A stretch of 63,418 bases of DNA, the filler included, from Intoshia linei (lineage: Eukaryota > Animalia > Orthonectida), in the NCBI GenBank assembly GCA_001642005.1. It is 5 parts of 5 records of this genome, joined end to end, with 100 filler letters (N's around TTAATTAATTAA, not from the genome) between each part and the next. Parts side by side here need not be neighbours in the genome. Positions count along the whole stretch, not along the records: positions 1 to 31,845 come from LWCA01000335.1; 4 more parts are not named here. The stretch is one strand, 5' to 3'. Under the pieces are notes generated by a model. The model did not search any database and was not told the DNA's origin. It was given only the letters and a program-made list of their open reading frames with translations. This document shows, piece by piece, positions 1-13,900 of this stretch (its first letter is position 1; the number at the start of each line of letters is the position of its first letter). The translations under genes were made by a program, and so were the position numbers.

Positions 1-179
1 GTGTAATAAAGTCAAGTTCATAATCAATTTCAGAATATATTATCACTTGTTAAATTAAACTTAGACAAAACTTAATATTGAATTACTTAGTCTTGTTTAG
101 TACAACTCAGTCTTTATTACACTAATAAACATATTTTAGTCGAATTTTTCCAAAATTGCAAAGAATTGTAATAAATATA

Positions 180-418
180 AAAATGATATTAACAAAGTTG
201 TTTTAGTTTCGTTGTTTACTTTCTATTTTATTGTATTCAAAATGTTTTGAAACTGAGAATTTAAAATTTAAATTTTGTGATGGAATGAATTATATAGATT
301 TTCACCCATATTTCTTTATTGGAAATGACGCATTCTATATAGACGTTCAATGCACATTTTTTTTGAAATTGTAAGATCAATATTTTATATTTTAATCGAA
401 ATATTTGAAAAATACTGG
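180..418 (-). mobile_element. Helitron family internal fragment
   Basis: GAATGAATTATATAGATTTTCACCCATA...AGACGTTCAATGCACATTTT block shared with the copies at ~15755 and ~23765. Confidence 0.55.
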
Positions 419-1937
419 AAAAGATTATGGATTTTGTAAAATAAAATAGAAAAATCGTTCCAAAATTTGGTATAGTTTAAAGTAGGGATGGCCAACCTAT
501 GGTGCATGCGCCACACGTAGATTGGTAAAAGCGGTTTCTTTCCTTAAGAGTTAATAAATTTAGGCTTTTTCTCATAAGATTTTACTAAATTAAATAAAAT
601 ATGCTAAAAATGTATCATTCACCCCAATCATCTAAAATTTTCATATTGACCCCATAATAAAATTATTTACCCCTTGGGATGACCAGTCAGCCAGTGGCAT
701 TTAGGATTTTCATCTAGAGGTGCAAAATAATTATTAGGGGCAAAACGCATATAATTTATTTAAATTGGAATTGTTATATTATGTTTATTAAATATTTCAT
801 TCTATAATAATAATTTATATTTTTTTCTAGTTCTCATTCTACGAAATTCATTCTCTAAATTTACAAATGCGTAATTAATATAAGAAAAATGTTATAAAAT
901 AAATAGATTCTATTATTAAACTAGGTTGACTTGCGTATCATTGAAATCTACAAGCTTTGTTCAATGAAAATTGTTTATTTCATGAGAAACACGCTCAATG
1001 CAAATTTTACACAACACTAAAACTCTAATTTTCAAATAAAATGAATATACTTGAGAATGTATTTTATAAGATTTAACCAATAGAATGAGTTTCTATCATC
1101 TTGTAAAATTTATTAGAAATATAATTTAATTTAATGTTTTGTATTTATTAATTTAAAGTATGATATTTATATTAATATAAATGTACTTTTGTTTATGTAA
1201 ATATTCTAATATACATAAATTATGTATATATAAATTTAAATTTCGTCTTATATTTAAATAGATTTTAAAAGCACTTATATGATATCAAATATTTATGTGG
1301 TCACCCTTTCCTGTTTGAAATTTGTGTTATAATAATTTATTTAAGATATATAAGCAGACTATTCATATAAATTTAAAATAAAAAGCTATTTGTATAGATG
1401 CTGTACTCATATTAAAAAAGTTAACAAATGTTAAGTCTTTTTAATTTAAATAATAATACGTATATAAATATTATGCATAAAATTAAATTGTATATTATGT
1501 AGTTTTATAATTTAATTTCTAATTAGAATATATTACCATATCTAACATTATTTAATTTTCAACTTTGATAGCTCAAATGCATTATTCGTTATTGTCAATA
1601 AACTACAATTACTGTAGAGTTGTCATTTAAAAAAGCGGGTCAGCTAGGTCAAACTATTTATGTGAATACTGCATTGATAAAGATAATGAAAATAATTTTT
1701 GCGGTTTTAACTTGTTAAGAATTAAGATATTGTGAAATTGAAAAAATTTGGCGTCATCTGTGGGAGTTGATTACATTTAAACAAACAAATAATATATTTA
1801 ATGTACACAATACTAGTTAAGAATACAATTTTAGTATAGTTTATAAGCCAACATTTCAGTCATCGTTATTAAAAATTTATCAACAAATATAACATGAATA
1901 TATGGTAAAAAATTAATTATAATTTTACTCGATAAAT

Positions 1938-4900
1938 ATGAACAGACACTTGAAGAGTTTAATTCAAAAAACTGTGTCAAGAAAACTTACTAAACATGAA
2001 GATCCTCACAAATATTATACAGATTTTTATGAAATTGGACGTGGCAATTTCGGTCAAGTTTATTCTGTAATTTCAAAGATTAATAATTAGAAACGGAAAT
2101 TATTCAAATTCGAAACACCATCTTGTATGTAATGAATCCAACTTTCAAAAATAATAGCTAGATGTAGATTAACGTTTTTTAGTCAAATTTTGTATGTTCA
2201 TTTTTGACAGAAATATCAGTAAAATTTCTTTTCTGCAATTTAGCAATTGTCTTGTATAAATTTTTATAGAGTGCAGTTTATAGGATTGCGCACATATGTT
2301 AATATGTAGATTACTACATTGTACACGAAATTATATGTTACCATTGTTTGGCATTTTTGTAAATTGTTGATTTTACCACCTACGCTTTAGTAGAAACATA
2401 TATTTTTTAATACATTTGAACATCTATTTGAATTTTAATATTTGATATAAACGAATTTAAAAATGTGTCTGTTTGTTTGCTTGTTTGTCTGTTCCGGTTA
2501 ATCTAAGAAAGCAAGAGGATTTTAGTTTTCAAAATTCCATATTTTTATTACAGATTTTCGAGAGTGTTATTTTATCACATATTTCATTTTAATAACATGT
2601 GTTCTTCAAGGTAAAAAACCCCAATTTTCTTTTGTTTTTAAATGCCAACCTTGAAAAATATTAGTTGATAATATATTAAAAATTATTTTTCACCGGGAAT
2701 GAGTAGATTTCTGGGGTTGAAATTTTGTATTTATATCAACTGGAATAAGCTTTATCAGAATAATATTTTTTTTAATTTTCTGACCATTAATTATTTCACA
2801 TTTTTTTTATTAATAAAATATTTCGGAAAAAAATATATAAAAACTAAAATTTTTTTTTGACCATGATGGCGTCACTTATTCAGATTGAAATTTTTTCTGT
2901 GCATTAACAGGATACAACTGTACGACCTGTAAATTTTAAATTTTAGGGTTGTTTTCATTAAAACAAAAGGGAATTTGGGGTTTTGACCCTGAAGATATAT
3001 TTTTTTAAATTCTCCAACTTGTTTGATTTTTAAAAAAAGGACAATTGGGCTTTTTTACCTGTTACATGTGAGTTTGGGAGGTTGAAATTTATTTTGATAA
3101 CATCCCCAGAAAAAACTGTAATTAAAATGTGGACTTTATGAAATTCTAAGACTGGTAGTTATTAAGATAAACGGTAATACACACACAAACAAATATTGGA
3201 TGGCATATTACATAAGTAAGGATTTAATTATTTTTTCTTGTATCTACGTTATTTTTCTATTTATTTTTTAAATTTAATTCTTTAAATTGTATATTATTTT
3301 TCATCAAAATTTTGTATAAAAATCCATTATTAAATGTACGTAATGGATAAGCTACTATTGATATTTATATTGATATTTCTATAAAGTTTGTAAATATGAA
3401 TTATTAAAATTATGCTTACAAAACAAAGATATTAACAATTTTATGTAAAATAAAAAAATATTCTAAATATTTATCAGTTTTCCTTATTAATATGTCAACA
3501 AATTCACTATTTAGGCTGTTCTAATACAAAAAAATGAATTGAGAGCAATGTAATTTGTATTAAAGTAATTTCATAATACAATATATACAATTTAGTAAAA
3601 CTATCAATATTGGTGGCAAAAATTCATTATTGGTATTTTATTTAATAGGTCTTTAATAAATACAGTGACCGAATAGTTTAAAAATGTGATAAATGATTTA
3701 TAAACCACAATAGTTACAAATAATTGAAAATAACTACACATTTGGTCATTTTGGGCTTTTTGACAAGTAAGATGTGAGTTTGGGAGGTTGAAATTTATTT
3801 TGCTAACATCCCCGGAAAAAATGTAATTGAAATGTGAACTTTATAAAATTCTAAGACTGGTAGTTATTGAAATAAACGATAACACACACATACACACAGA
3901 CCAACAAAGCATATTATATAAGTGAGGATAATATAAATTTGAATTTTAAAAATGGATCTGACGTTGATCTACTAATTTTTTTATTTCTGGTTTTATGTCA
4001 TTCAACATTAATTTTAAATCTCTACAGTCGAATGTTTGTAATCTATTCCTATTTTTGATCAATAAATTCATTACAACATTGAATCCACCTTCAACGAGGT
4101 ATGATGATGGAAAAGTTATGAGAAGTTTCTTCAGGTACTGCATAAATTTTACTATACTGAAATACATCAAAATGAATAAGAAACAATACGTGCCTTTAAT
4201 TTAATTTACGTGGTAAATGTCAATTACATGTAAATTGTATGACAAAAAATTTATTTTTGTTTTTATAATTTTTTAAAATTGCCCTAACTGAATTAATCGC
4301 CCCTGGGACGATATCGCCTTCTTTGGGAACCTCTGCTATATACTGTTAATAATGTTGGTACTAATTTTTACTAATAATTTTTAAAATTCGTGATTCGAAC
4401 CGTATTGCAGGATTTTAGTGCATTATATGTATGAAATAATTTAAATTTAGGATCTAAAAGACAGTATCCACGAATTAAAAATGTTGTCAAATTGTCGACA
4501 TGCTAATATTGTCAACTATTATGAAGCGTACATTTTTGATTCAAATATTTGGGTAATTTAAACTATTTAAAATTATACCTCCATAGAGTCAATGTTTGAG
4601 TGAAAAGGGCTTGAAACGAATAATTTTTTAAATAAAATTTGATTATGTAATAAAAGTTTTCGAGGTACGACTGAAATTAATAATTCTGCTCGTCAGCCTT
4701 TCAAAGGTTGGGTTCTTAAAATCATAAGGGTAATTAGTGGATGCTTAAAAAAATTGATTATTATAGTTTATATATGATACAATATATACTATAATTATAA
4801 ATATGTAATGAATTATTACTACATATATAAATATAATTCATATATAAATGTAGTAGTAATTTACTACTATACACAAAGGATGCTACCAGTATCGCTGGTA

Positions 4901-7900
4901 ACTATACTACCAGCAAAATTATTATTTGCATGACACATTTGCATTATTAATTAGTTGATTACTTGATTGTAATACCAAATCAGTTGGGAATCAAACCTTT
5001 AATTACTTTTCATCCAATGTTTTTAAATGATTTTACGATGATGATATCTAAAGGTATCCTTACTTATATAATATGCTACGCAATATTTTTTTGTATGTGT
5101 GTTCCACTTTATTTCAATAACTACCAGTCTTATAATTTTATGAAGTCCACATTTCAATTACAGTTTTTTCCAAGGGTATTAGAAAAATAAATTTCAACCT
5201 CCCAAACTCACATCTTACGGGTCAAAAAACCCAATTGTCCTTTTTTTTTGAAATGAAACGAGTTATAGCGTAGTTTTCCGCGTGGTATAGGGTATTTTCA
5301 ACTAAAATCAATTTTTTAAAAAACGAACAGCCCTAATACACACATTTTGTCTAATAAATTAAAAAAATGGAATAACAATTGTTTTTAAAATTCTTTACGC
5401 AAATATTAAAAAACAAAATTAAGATGGAATAATTCACTTTAAAGTAAAAAGTTATGTGATATGATGGTTCCACCTGAAACAAGTTTGGGAACCACTCCTT
5501 TAAAGGATTGATAAAAGTGAATAGTAGGATTTTCAACGTGAATTTATTTTTTTGGTATAATAAAAATGTGCCCTCGGCAGAGCTAGGTGCTGTTTGTACG
5601 TAGTACATAACAGTCAACCTAGTCATTATAAATGGAAGTTTTACCTCGTATGTTTAATTTTGAGATTCTTTGGGTACTAACCTTTGTAATTTACCTTTAA
5701 CAAAATTAGACAATAAATAAAATTATCTCATTAAATAGATAATATAAAATATAAATATATAAAAAAATAGAGGATAATACTCATTATTATCTTACTACAG
5801 CATAGGGTAGTGGTTCTCAACGGTGGGCGATTTTTTTATTTTATTTCACAAAATACATAATCTAAAAAATTATTTTAATATAATTTAATTTAATTAATCA
5901 AAATTTTAACAAATAATGTCTAAAAAGAGTTAATAAATTATAACATCAATCTTAATATTTATTTACATTACTAGTTAATTAAAATATTAATCCTCTAAAA
6001 CAAATAAATTTGTCAAAATCTTAACATTAATAAAATTTTCAGATAGTTAATTTATTAATTAATCGATATTTAAGAGTATATAACATTTTTTATATTGTTA
6101 ATTATAAAATTATAATTATAAATTATTTTAATATTCGCCCAATGTCTAAATTAACGTACAAAAGTACCATAATTTTTTTAGAGAATTATTGGTTCTATGG
6201 GTCGATTCTTTAAAAAACTGAGTAACTGTAACAACTTGTTTATGAATTATAGAGGGGGCAATGTAAAAAAAATATGTAGGAATTATGGGGTTAGGGGGCG
6301 ATTCTAAAAAAAGGTTAAAAAAAAATTTACCAAATCAGAATAGGGATTGCAACTAGTTCAAAAACAGGAATCGAATTTGATTCGACGTTTTGCGTCAAAA
6401 TCGAATCGAATCCTATCAACGCATATATTTTGACTGAATTAGTAACTACGTAAATTGGAGGTCCACAACAAATTTTACTATAATTTGAGTATACTGCTAT
6501 GATTAATTATTATCATAGTCTTAATCATAAGTCTACAAAATCTTGACACTAAAATTATTTTTAAAAAATCTTTAACAATGAGGAGAAAAACCCTACATAA
6601 TTTTATGACCAAAATTATTTTAAAAATCTTTAATAAAAATATGGTAGAAAAAATCAATGGTATGATAAATTAGTAAAATCGATGAGTCTCTCGTACTAAG
6701 ACAGGGGTGCACAACCTGCGGCCGTTAGAGTGTTTATGTGCGGCCGTGGACAATCCATGTGATCATAATGCAATATATAATTTTAGTTCAAATTCAAGGG
6801 AAAAAGTTTTATCTAAAATTTACATTTTTGAGTTTTCCTACTTTCTCAAAAAGGGTTTCTAATCTCTCTCAATGCCAAATTAAATTATGTGCGGCCGTAG
6901 TATCAATTAGTAAAGTAGATTTGTGGCTTAATTGGTGGTAAGTTTGTGCACCTTGCTCTAAGATGTATTGTCAAATGTATGTCGCTTCAGAGAATGGACG
7001 TCCGAATCTACTTTTGGGAACCTGTTATGATCATGAATTTTAAAATTAATAAATAAGAAATTAATTTACGAATTATTCCTCTTGTTTTATTTTGCACAGC
7101 AGTATAAAATACATTGATTAAGATTAAATTTTGGTAAAATTTAAAATTTCTAGCGCAACAATTGACTATCATTATGCTGGAGCAAGTGTAGCATCCTTGT
7201 TAATCAATCATTAGTAATGATTCATTATTAATAATATAAACAATATTAATTAGATTGTTATGGAATATTGTATTGGCTCAATTATTGATGTAATGAAGGG
7301 TAATTTAATTTATATGCAGTGTATATGATTCAATCTAGTTGTTTAAGTTAGGTAAATGCAGTATTCTCTCTACAATTCATCAATCTGCTACTTCGCCACA
7401 AAATTTTTATTGAAAAGTGTATTTTTTGAACAAGGGAAACATTAAAACATTAAAAAAATTGCTTTACGGTACGTGTTACAATGAAAATTCATTTATAAAA
7501 GAATTAATATCTTTACTTTTTTATAAATCAAAAATTCCATTTCAAAAACTATGAACTTTGACTATACACTGTATAATATACAGTGTATAAAATTATAATA
7601 TATTAATTATAGTATATTAAATATATATAGTATATTAAATTAGTACTCCAAACTTTTTGTCGTGGTCTTTGCGTCCATCCTTTTAAATTTAATATTTTGC
7701 TTTAATTTATACTGTTAATATAGAAATTACACAATTTATTAAGTACATTTTTTAATTTGCATTAATATGTGTATTATATCCATTTGATAAATATGTTTAA
7801 ATTGAATTATATATTAGTGAATCAAAAGGAATACAGCGAATTAGAAATATGTGCAATAATGCACTATAGTGTCAAAGGTCTTGTATATATGCATGGCAAT

Positions 7901-10900
7901 GGTTTGATACATCGAGATATAAAAGGAAGAAATATATTGATTACGACGGAAGGAAAAATCAAATTAGGTAGATATTATTGATTCAAGGGATGAAAAAATA
8001 AAATGGTTCATGGGACATTAAAATTTGAGAGTTTGACTTCACACCACCAAATTTTATTAAAATGATGTTCTTACTTGCAAAAGTAACCACGAGTTGAAAA
8101 AAATAATCTCAAAATTGCCCTTTATGGTTTGGTTGAATGAAAGTTGAATCTGATCCAGGGTGCACTTTTTACTGAGAGTTCAGAAATTTCACAAATTGGC
8201 TTGTTCACTTTTTACGATTATAAAATATTTAGTCCATTATATGATTTTAAAATCTTTAAGGGGTCTGCGAAAAATTTTTGTTGAAATAAGGGTTCCGTCC
8301 AATTTTAAGTTTAAGAACCCCTGGTCTATATGATTGATAAATTAAATTATGATTATAACATTTAATAATGCATTGGTCGGTTTAGGTTCCGGGTATAAAG
8401 ACCTATACTCTTAATGTAACATATCATAATATATTATATCAACTTAGGTGATTTGGGTTCTGCTGCATATACAGTGAAAGCAAATTCATTTGTCGGAACT
8501 CCGTATGTTTTTACAGATATTATTATTTTTTATTCATCAAAGACTAACTATACTAGCTAAAAATTCAAAATTCTTTCTATTATAATTATAATACGTAAAA
8601 GAATTTGTATAAGGCTTATATCATAATCATAATATGCATTGTACATCAAGTAAACAAGTGATAAAACAACCAGTGGTGCACATAACATTTTGGTGGCCCT
8701 TAGTAGATATATAGTATACTAGCTTGATTGTTATGTACTACGTACAAACAGCACCTAGCTCTGCCGAGAACACATTTTGATAAAAAAATAAATTCATGTT
8801 GAAAATTTAACTTAAAAATCCTACTATTCACTATTATCAATCCTTTAAAGGAGTGGTTCCCAAATTTGTTTCAGGTGGACAGGTGTGTGTTAACAAGATA
8901 CAACTTTAGTACCTGTAAATTTTTTGAAAATCTACGGCTGTTTTCAAAAAAAAAAAGGAAGGGGAATTTGTGGTTTTGGCCCTGAAGATATAATTTTTTT
9001 TAATTTAAATTTATGATAATGTTAATGATTTTAAAATTCGCATCAGCGTATATATTATTTTAAATTCTCCAACTCGTTTGATTTTCAAAAAGAGGGACAA
9101 TAGGGGTTTTTAACCCGTAAGATGTGAAATTGGGAGGTTGAAATTTATCTTATTATACGTCCCGGAAAAAGCTGTAATTGAAATGTGGTCTTTAAAAAAT
9201 TCTAAGAATGGTAGTTATTTCAATAAAGTCACACACACAGAGACAGACAGACACACAAACAAAAATCGCGTACCATATTATAAGTTAATATACATTATTT
9301 ATTTTTAAATTTTGTCATCATTAAGTTACTGATTAACACCGTTTTAAACATTTTCTACTACAATTATACTTGGCTCTTTATAATCATTTTAATACTAAAT
9401 TTTCAGATCGCCCTGGGTTTATTTTTTTAATATACTAGAACCGTTTTATTTTAGTTTAAATTGAAATTTATCACGGGTAAATTTTCAAAAACGAGAAAAA
9501 TATAAATTTTGGTATAAGAAAGTGTCCCACGCAATACAAAAGATTGCCGGTCCCTGTTGTACACTATATAATATATCAAGGTTATAAAATTTTTTTTTAA
9601 AATAACTCCATTGTTTTAAATTTTTACTTATTCATGAATGGAGGGCCAAATATTTTATGGCATTATACTGAATATGAAAAAAATTATTTTATTAATATAA
9701 AAGTATTATACTATATGTGTATTATTTATTATGATGATTAAATTTTATATTTTACAAATTGCTATCCAAAATATTTTTGAAAATATTAATTATTAAAATG
9801 TATTAATACATTTATGTATGTAATTTACTTCATACTACAATTATGTATATATACATTTAACAAATATAATAAAACAAATTAAATGTTATATAAGAATAGT
9901 CATTGATTAATCGTACTAAAACAATATTTTATACATGTGACATAAACTATTGTATTATTGTGTGTAGTAAGTCCTGATTAAATCTGTGTTATATATTAAT
10001 ATTATCGTATATACTATATTATTAAAATATTAGGATATATACGTGTTGTATATTTGGATTTCATGTTATTATGTTATACAATATCAAATGTTAATAAACA
10101 ATAATAATAATTATTTAATGTTAATTTATGTCTACTAATTAGTCAATTAAAATATAATTAAAATTTAATTTAAAAAAATAAAATACATAAATGTATACTA
10201 TATTTAAAAATACATTCTCAAAAATAATACATCATAACTACGCCAATGTTGACTAAAAAAGTAATAACAGTACATGATAAGGTTTAGAAAATTAAACTCT
10301 ATCGACTGTGCGTAAAAATAATGCTGTTAGAATTTAAAAACATGAATTAATTATTAGAATTATATAATTATACTTATATTAGTTTTAATTAAAGTGTTAA
10401 ATTATCAGATAATAGAGGTGAAGCGCCGTTTTGTGGTTATAATTTACAATTTATTAATACCATCAATGTATAATATAAATAATAAGTTCAATTCATAACG
10501 CCGTAACATTTTATGCGTATTTTGAACCGAATTTATAGTCTTATTATAACAATAGATTTTTTTGAATTTCGGAAATACCTGTTAACTACGTTCTTATCTT
10601 ACTATTCAATCTATTACAATACCTCAGTTAATTAAATATTCACAAGAATCATCAAAAAACAAATGTTGAAATGTTATCATATTTTTTGCGCGTAACGCCG
10701 TAACGGTTTTTAATTGTAAATATACTATTTAGTATTTACTTATATCAAAATAGTGCAAATAACCATGTTGCACGCTATCATGCGCGCATTTAAGTCTATA
10801 TATGAGTATGAATCTTGAATATTATTTACTGTAGGTTACTTAAATAGAAATATTTAGATTTTATTTGCTAGATAATGGCTCATATATATTCTAGTTTCTG

Positions 10901-13900
10901 GATGTCACCAGAGATGATTTTATCGATGAACACTAATCACTATGATGAAAAAACCGATATTTGGTCCTTAGGAATAACAGCTATTGAATTGGGTATTTAT
11001 TTTTTAATGAATGGGCAATTAAATAAATATTAAATTTAGCTGAAAAATTACCTCCATATTATTACCTGAACCACTTAACTGCATTGTACTATATAGCCCA
11101 AAATAAACCGCCAAAACTTTCACAAATAAATAAATGGTCAGCAGAGTTTATTAGCTTCGTAAAGACATGTTTGATATACAACTACAAGGATAGAATATCA
11201 GCATCCAATTTATCAAAAGTATTAATTTTATAACACTTTTTTTTGAGTAATATCCAAACATTTCATTAACACCAATCAATGGCGTTATGGTCCTGTACTG
11301 CTGTTCGTGAAGAGTAGCATGTAATATAGGACCAGATAAAAATTCCTGACTCATATATGAAAATTATTTTTTTATGCTTATTAACGTACATTCTTTGACC
11401 TTTTGACCCTGAAGGCGTCACTTATTCAGATTGAAATTTTTTGTGTGTGTTAACAAGATACAACTGTACCACCTGTACATTTTTTTAAATTCTAGGGCTG
11501 TTTTCATTAAAAAAAATTAAATTTGTTGTTTTGGGCCCTGAAAATTTTTTTTAAATTTAAATTTATGATAATATTTATGATTTTAAAATCCGTATGATAG
11601 TATATATAATCTTTAATTCTTGAACTCGTTTGATTTTCAAAAAAAGGACAATTGGGCTTTTTGACCCGTATAATGTAGGTTTAGGAGGTTGAATTTTATT
11701 TTGCTAACAACAATTATTTATTTCACCCCAGAAAAACAGTAATTGAAATGTGGACTTTATAAAATTCTAAAACTGGTAGTGATTGAAATAAACGGTAACA
11801 CACACACAAACAAATATTGCATAGAATATTATGTAAGTAAGGATTTATTTTTTGTTTATATTTTATCATTTTATATATTTAGCACATATTTTTTTCAAAC
11901 CGAGAACCAGATGAAATTTTATTAAAATTAATGACACAGACAATAGAATATGTAAATAGATACAGCCAACTGCAAACACCAAAAGAATTATCAAAAAAAA
12001 TATCAAATGAAACGTTAACTGAAATTGAACCAGAATTATTTAACTCGACAGTATGTCAAACGACCAAAATGACAGAATCTAGAAACATGGCATCAAAAAT
12101 GAACATGTATTTATCATCATACTTTGATAGTCATTACAATTTTGAATCATCAATTAATGTCTTAAACAGGAATGTCAATTGTAAATCCGTTCGGAGAAGT
12201 AAAAATCTAAACAGACACGCTACCTGCATCACCAGCGTGCAGATGAACAGTGTTAAATTACTAAAACGAAAAAACCCCAAAACATATGCTGCAAGGAATA
12301 TTTATTCCGTCTTGTTTGTTAGATTTTTGTCGTTGAATACTAACATTCAAATTAAAAAAACAAAATTATCTACAAAAACAAACACAAACCAAATTTTTTT
12401 TTCCAATGAAACGTACAATGATTATAACAATAACAATAACAATAATATTTATTCGATCGATACTATTGAAATTAGTAAATGGCAAAATCGTCAACTTAAA
12501 TATTACCAAAAAATTAGAAGAACCCATCAAAACCAAATAAAACTGGTAATTTAGTCATTACATTGCAATTATTCTAACTTGCATAAAACTGTGGTGAACC
12601 GTGGTATTCCTACTTGGTTCATTTTATTAATTTAAATATAAAAATGTTCAATTCTTCCGTAACCCATAAAATCATGTCACCAATCGTAACAATTTGCAAA
12701 ATTGTTTATACAAAATGATACCCAATTTTAGCGCATTATCAGTTTAAAGTCGTGATATGTATGAAATTATAACGTAATTATTGACAAAATTAAAAATGTT
12801 CCGTGAAGCTTCAATAAAGTAGAAAAATTTTGAAGGACTCATTGTAATCCCGGTTCGCATCTGCTATCGATATTTACAATTTTTGGTTTTCATTTTCAAT
12901 TTAATTTCGCTGACCTCTAGGGTGAGTGAACTTCAGTTTAAGTAACAGTTTTATCAAAATACACGTATAAATTAAGAACTATCTCCAAGTTTGAATACAT
13001 TATGTCAATATTTTTGATAATTTTATTAAACAGATTGCCAAGAAAAACGAAAATTTAAGTGAAATTATTCTTGTTGATGTCAAAAAGAAATTTTCTAAAT
13101 ACTCGGGCAAATTCATTAAAGAAATGAAAAAATTTATAGCCAAACATAAAGAAGTTATAGAAAAAATGGTATACACTAATTTTATTTAAATAATCATAAT
13201 TATAATTTAATTCTTCCGCATTATATAACTGTCTACTAATAATATGTACTTAGATAATACAACATAATATTACTATTAAAAAATTTATAAAAAGAGATGC
13301 TAATTACAAATCTAAAATTTGGATTATCAATAATTATAAAGAACATGCCAACCTCAAAAATAACATTAAAAGGGTAATAATAATGCATTGATTACTAATT
13401 ACAAAATAATATTATTTATATTAAATATATTATTTTTAGAGTAGGTTATATTCTAACCTCATTAACAATAAATATGGATATTTTTTCAAGTTGATCAATT
13501 TAGAAAATTATCAAATTGAAATTCCATTTAAATCAAACATTCTTTGGACGTCGGAATTTCTAAGCGTGTTTCTGGAATACTGTGTTTCTCATCAAATGAA
13601 TGTATTTATATGTTTTATTAATTATGATTTTCTTTAAAACAAAATCTACAACCTTTTTAGATTGTCGCGTTTCACATTGTCATCCTTTATTATATAAAAT
13701 TTATTATCTGTTTTACCGTTTATTTCAAAAATTAACAGTCGTAGAATTTAAAAATAATCCAATTTCTAATTCAGTTTTTCGCGGGTGATTTTATGTTTAT
13801 GTTCAAATTTAATTTTCCGAAATTGAGTCTCTTAGTAACTATTTTATTTAAACAAAAAACTTGAAATAATTATTGGTCCTAGAATTTAAAATAAGTAAGA

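Noticed and set aside
11255-11355. GC-richer intronic island ([15 protein letters not shown]...) as a Helitron-captured gene fragment
   Set aside because: No recognisable homology, and no Helitron 3' terminus encloses it.
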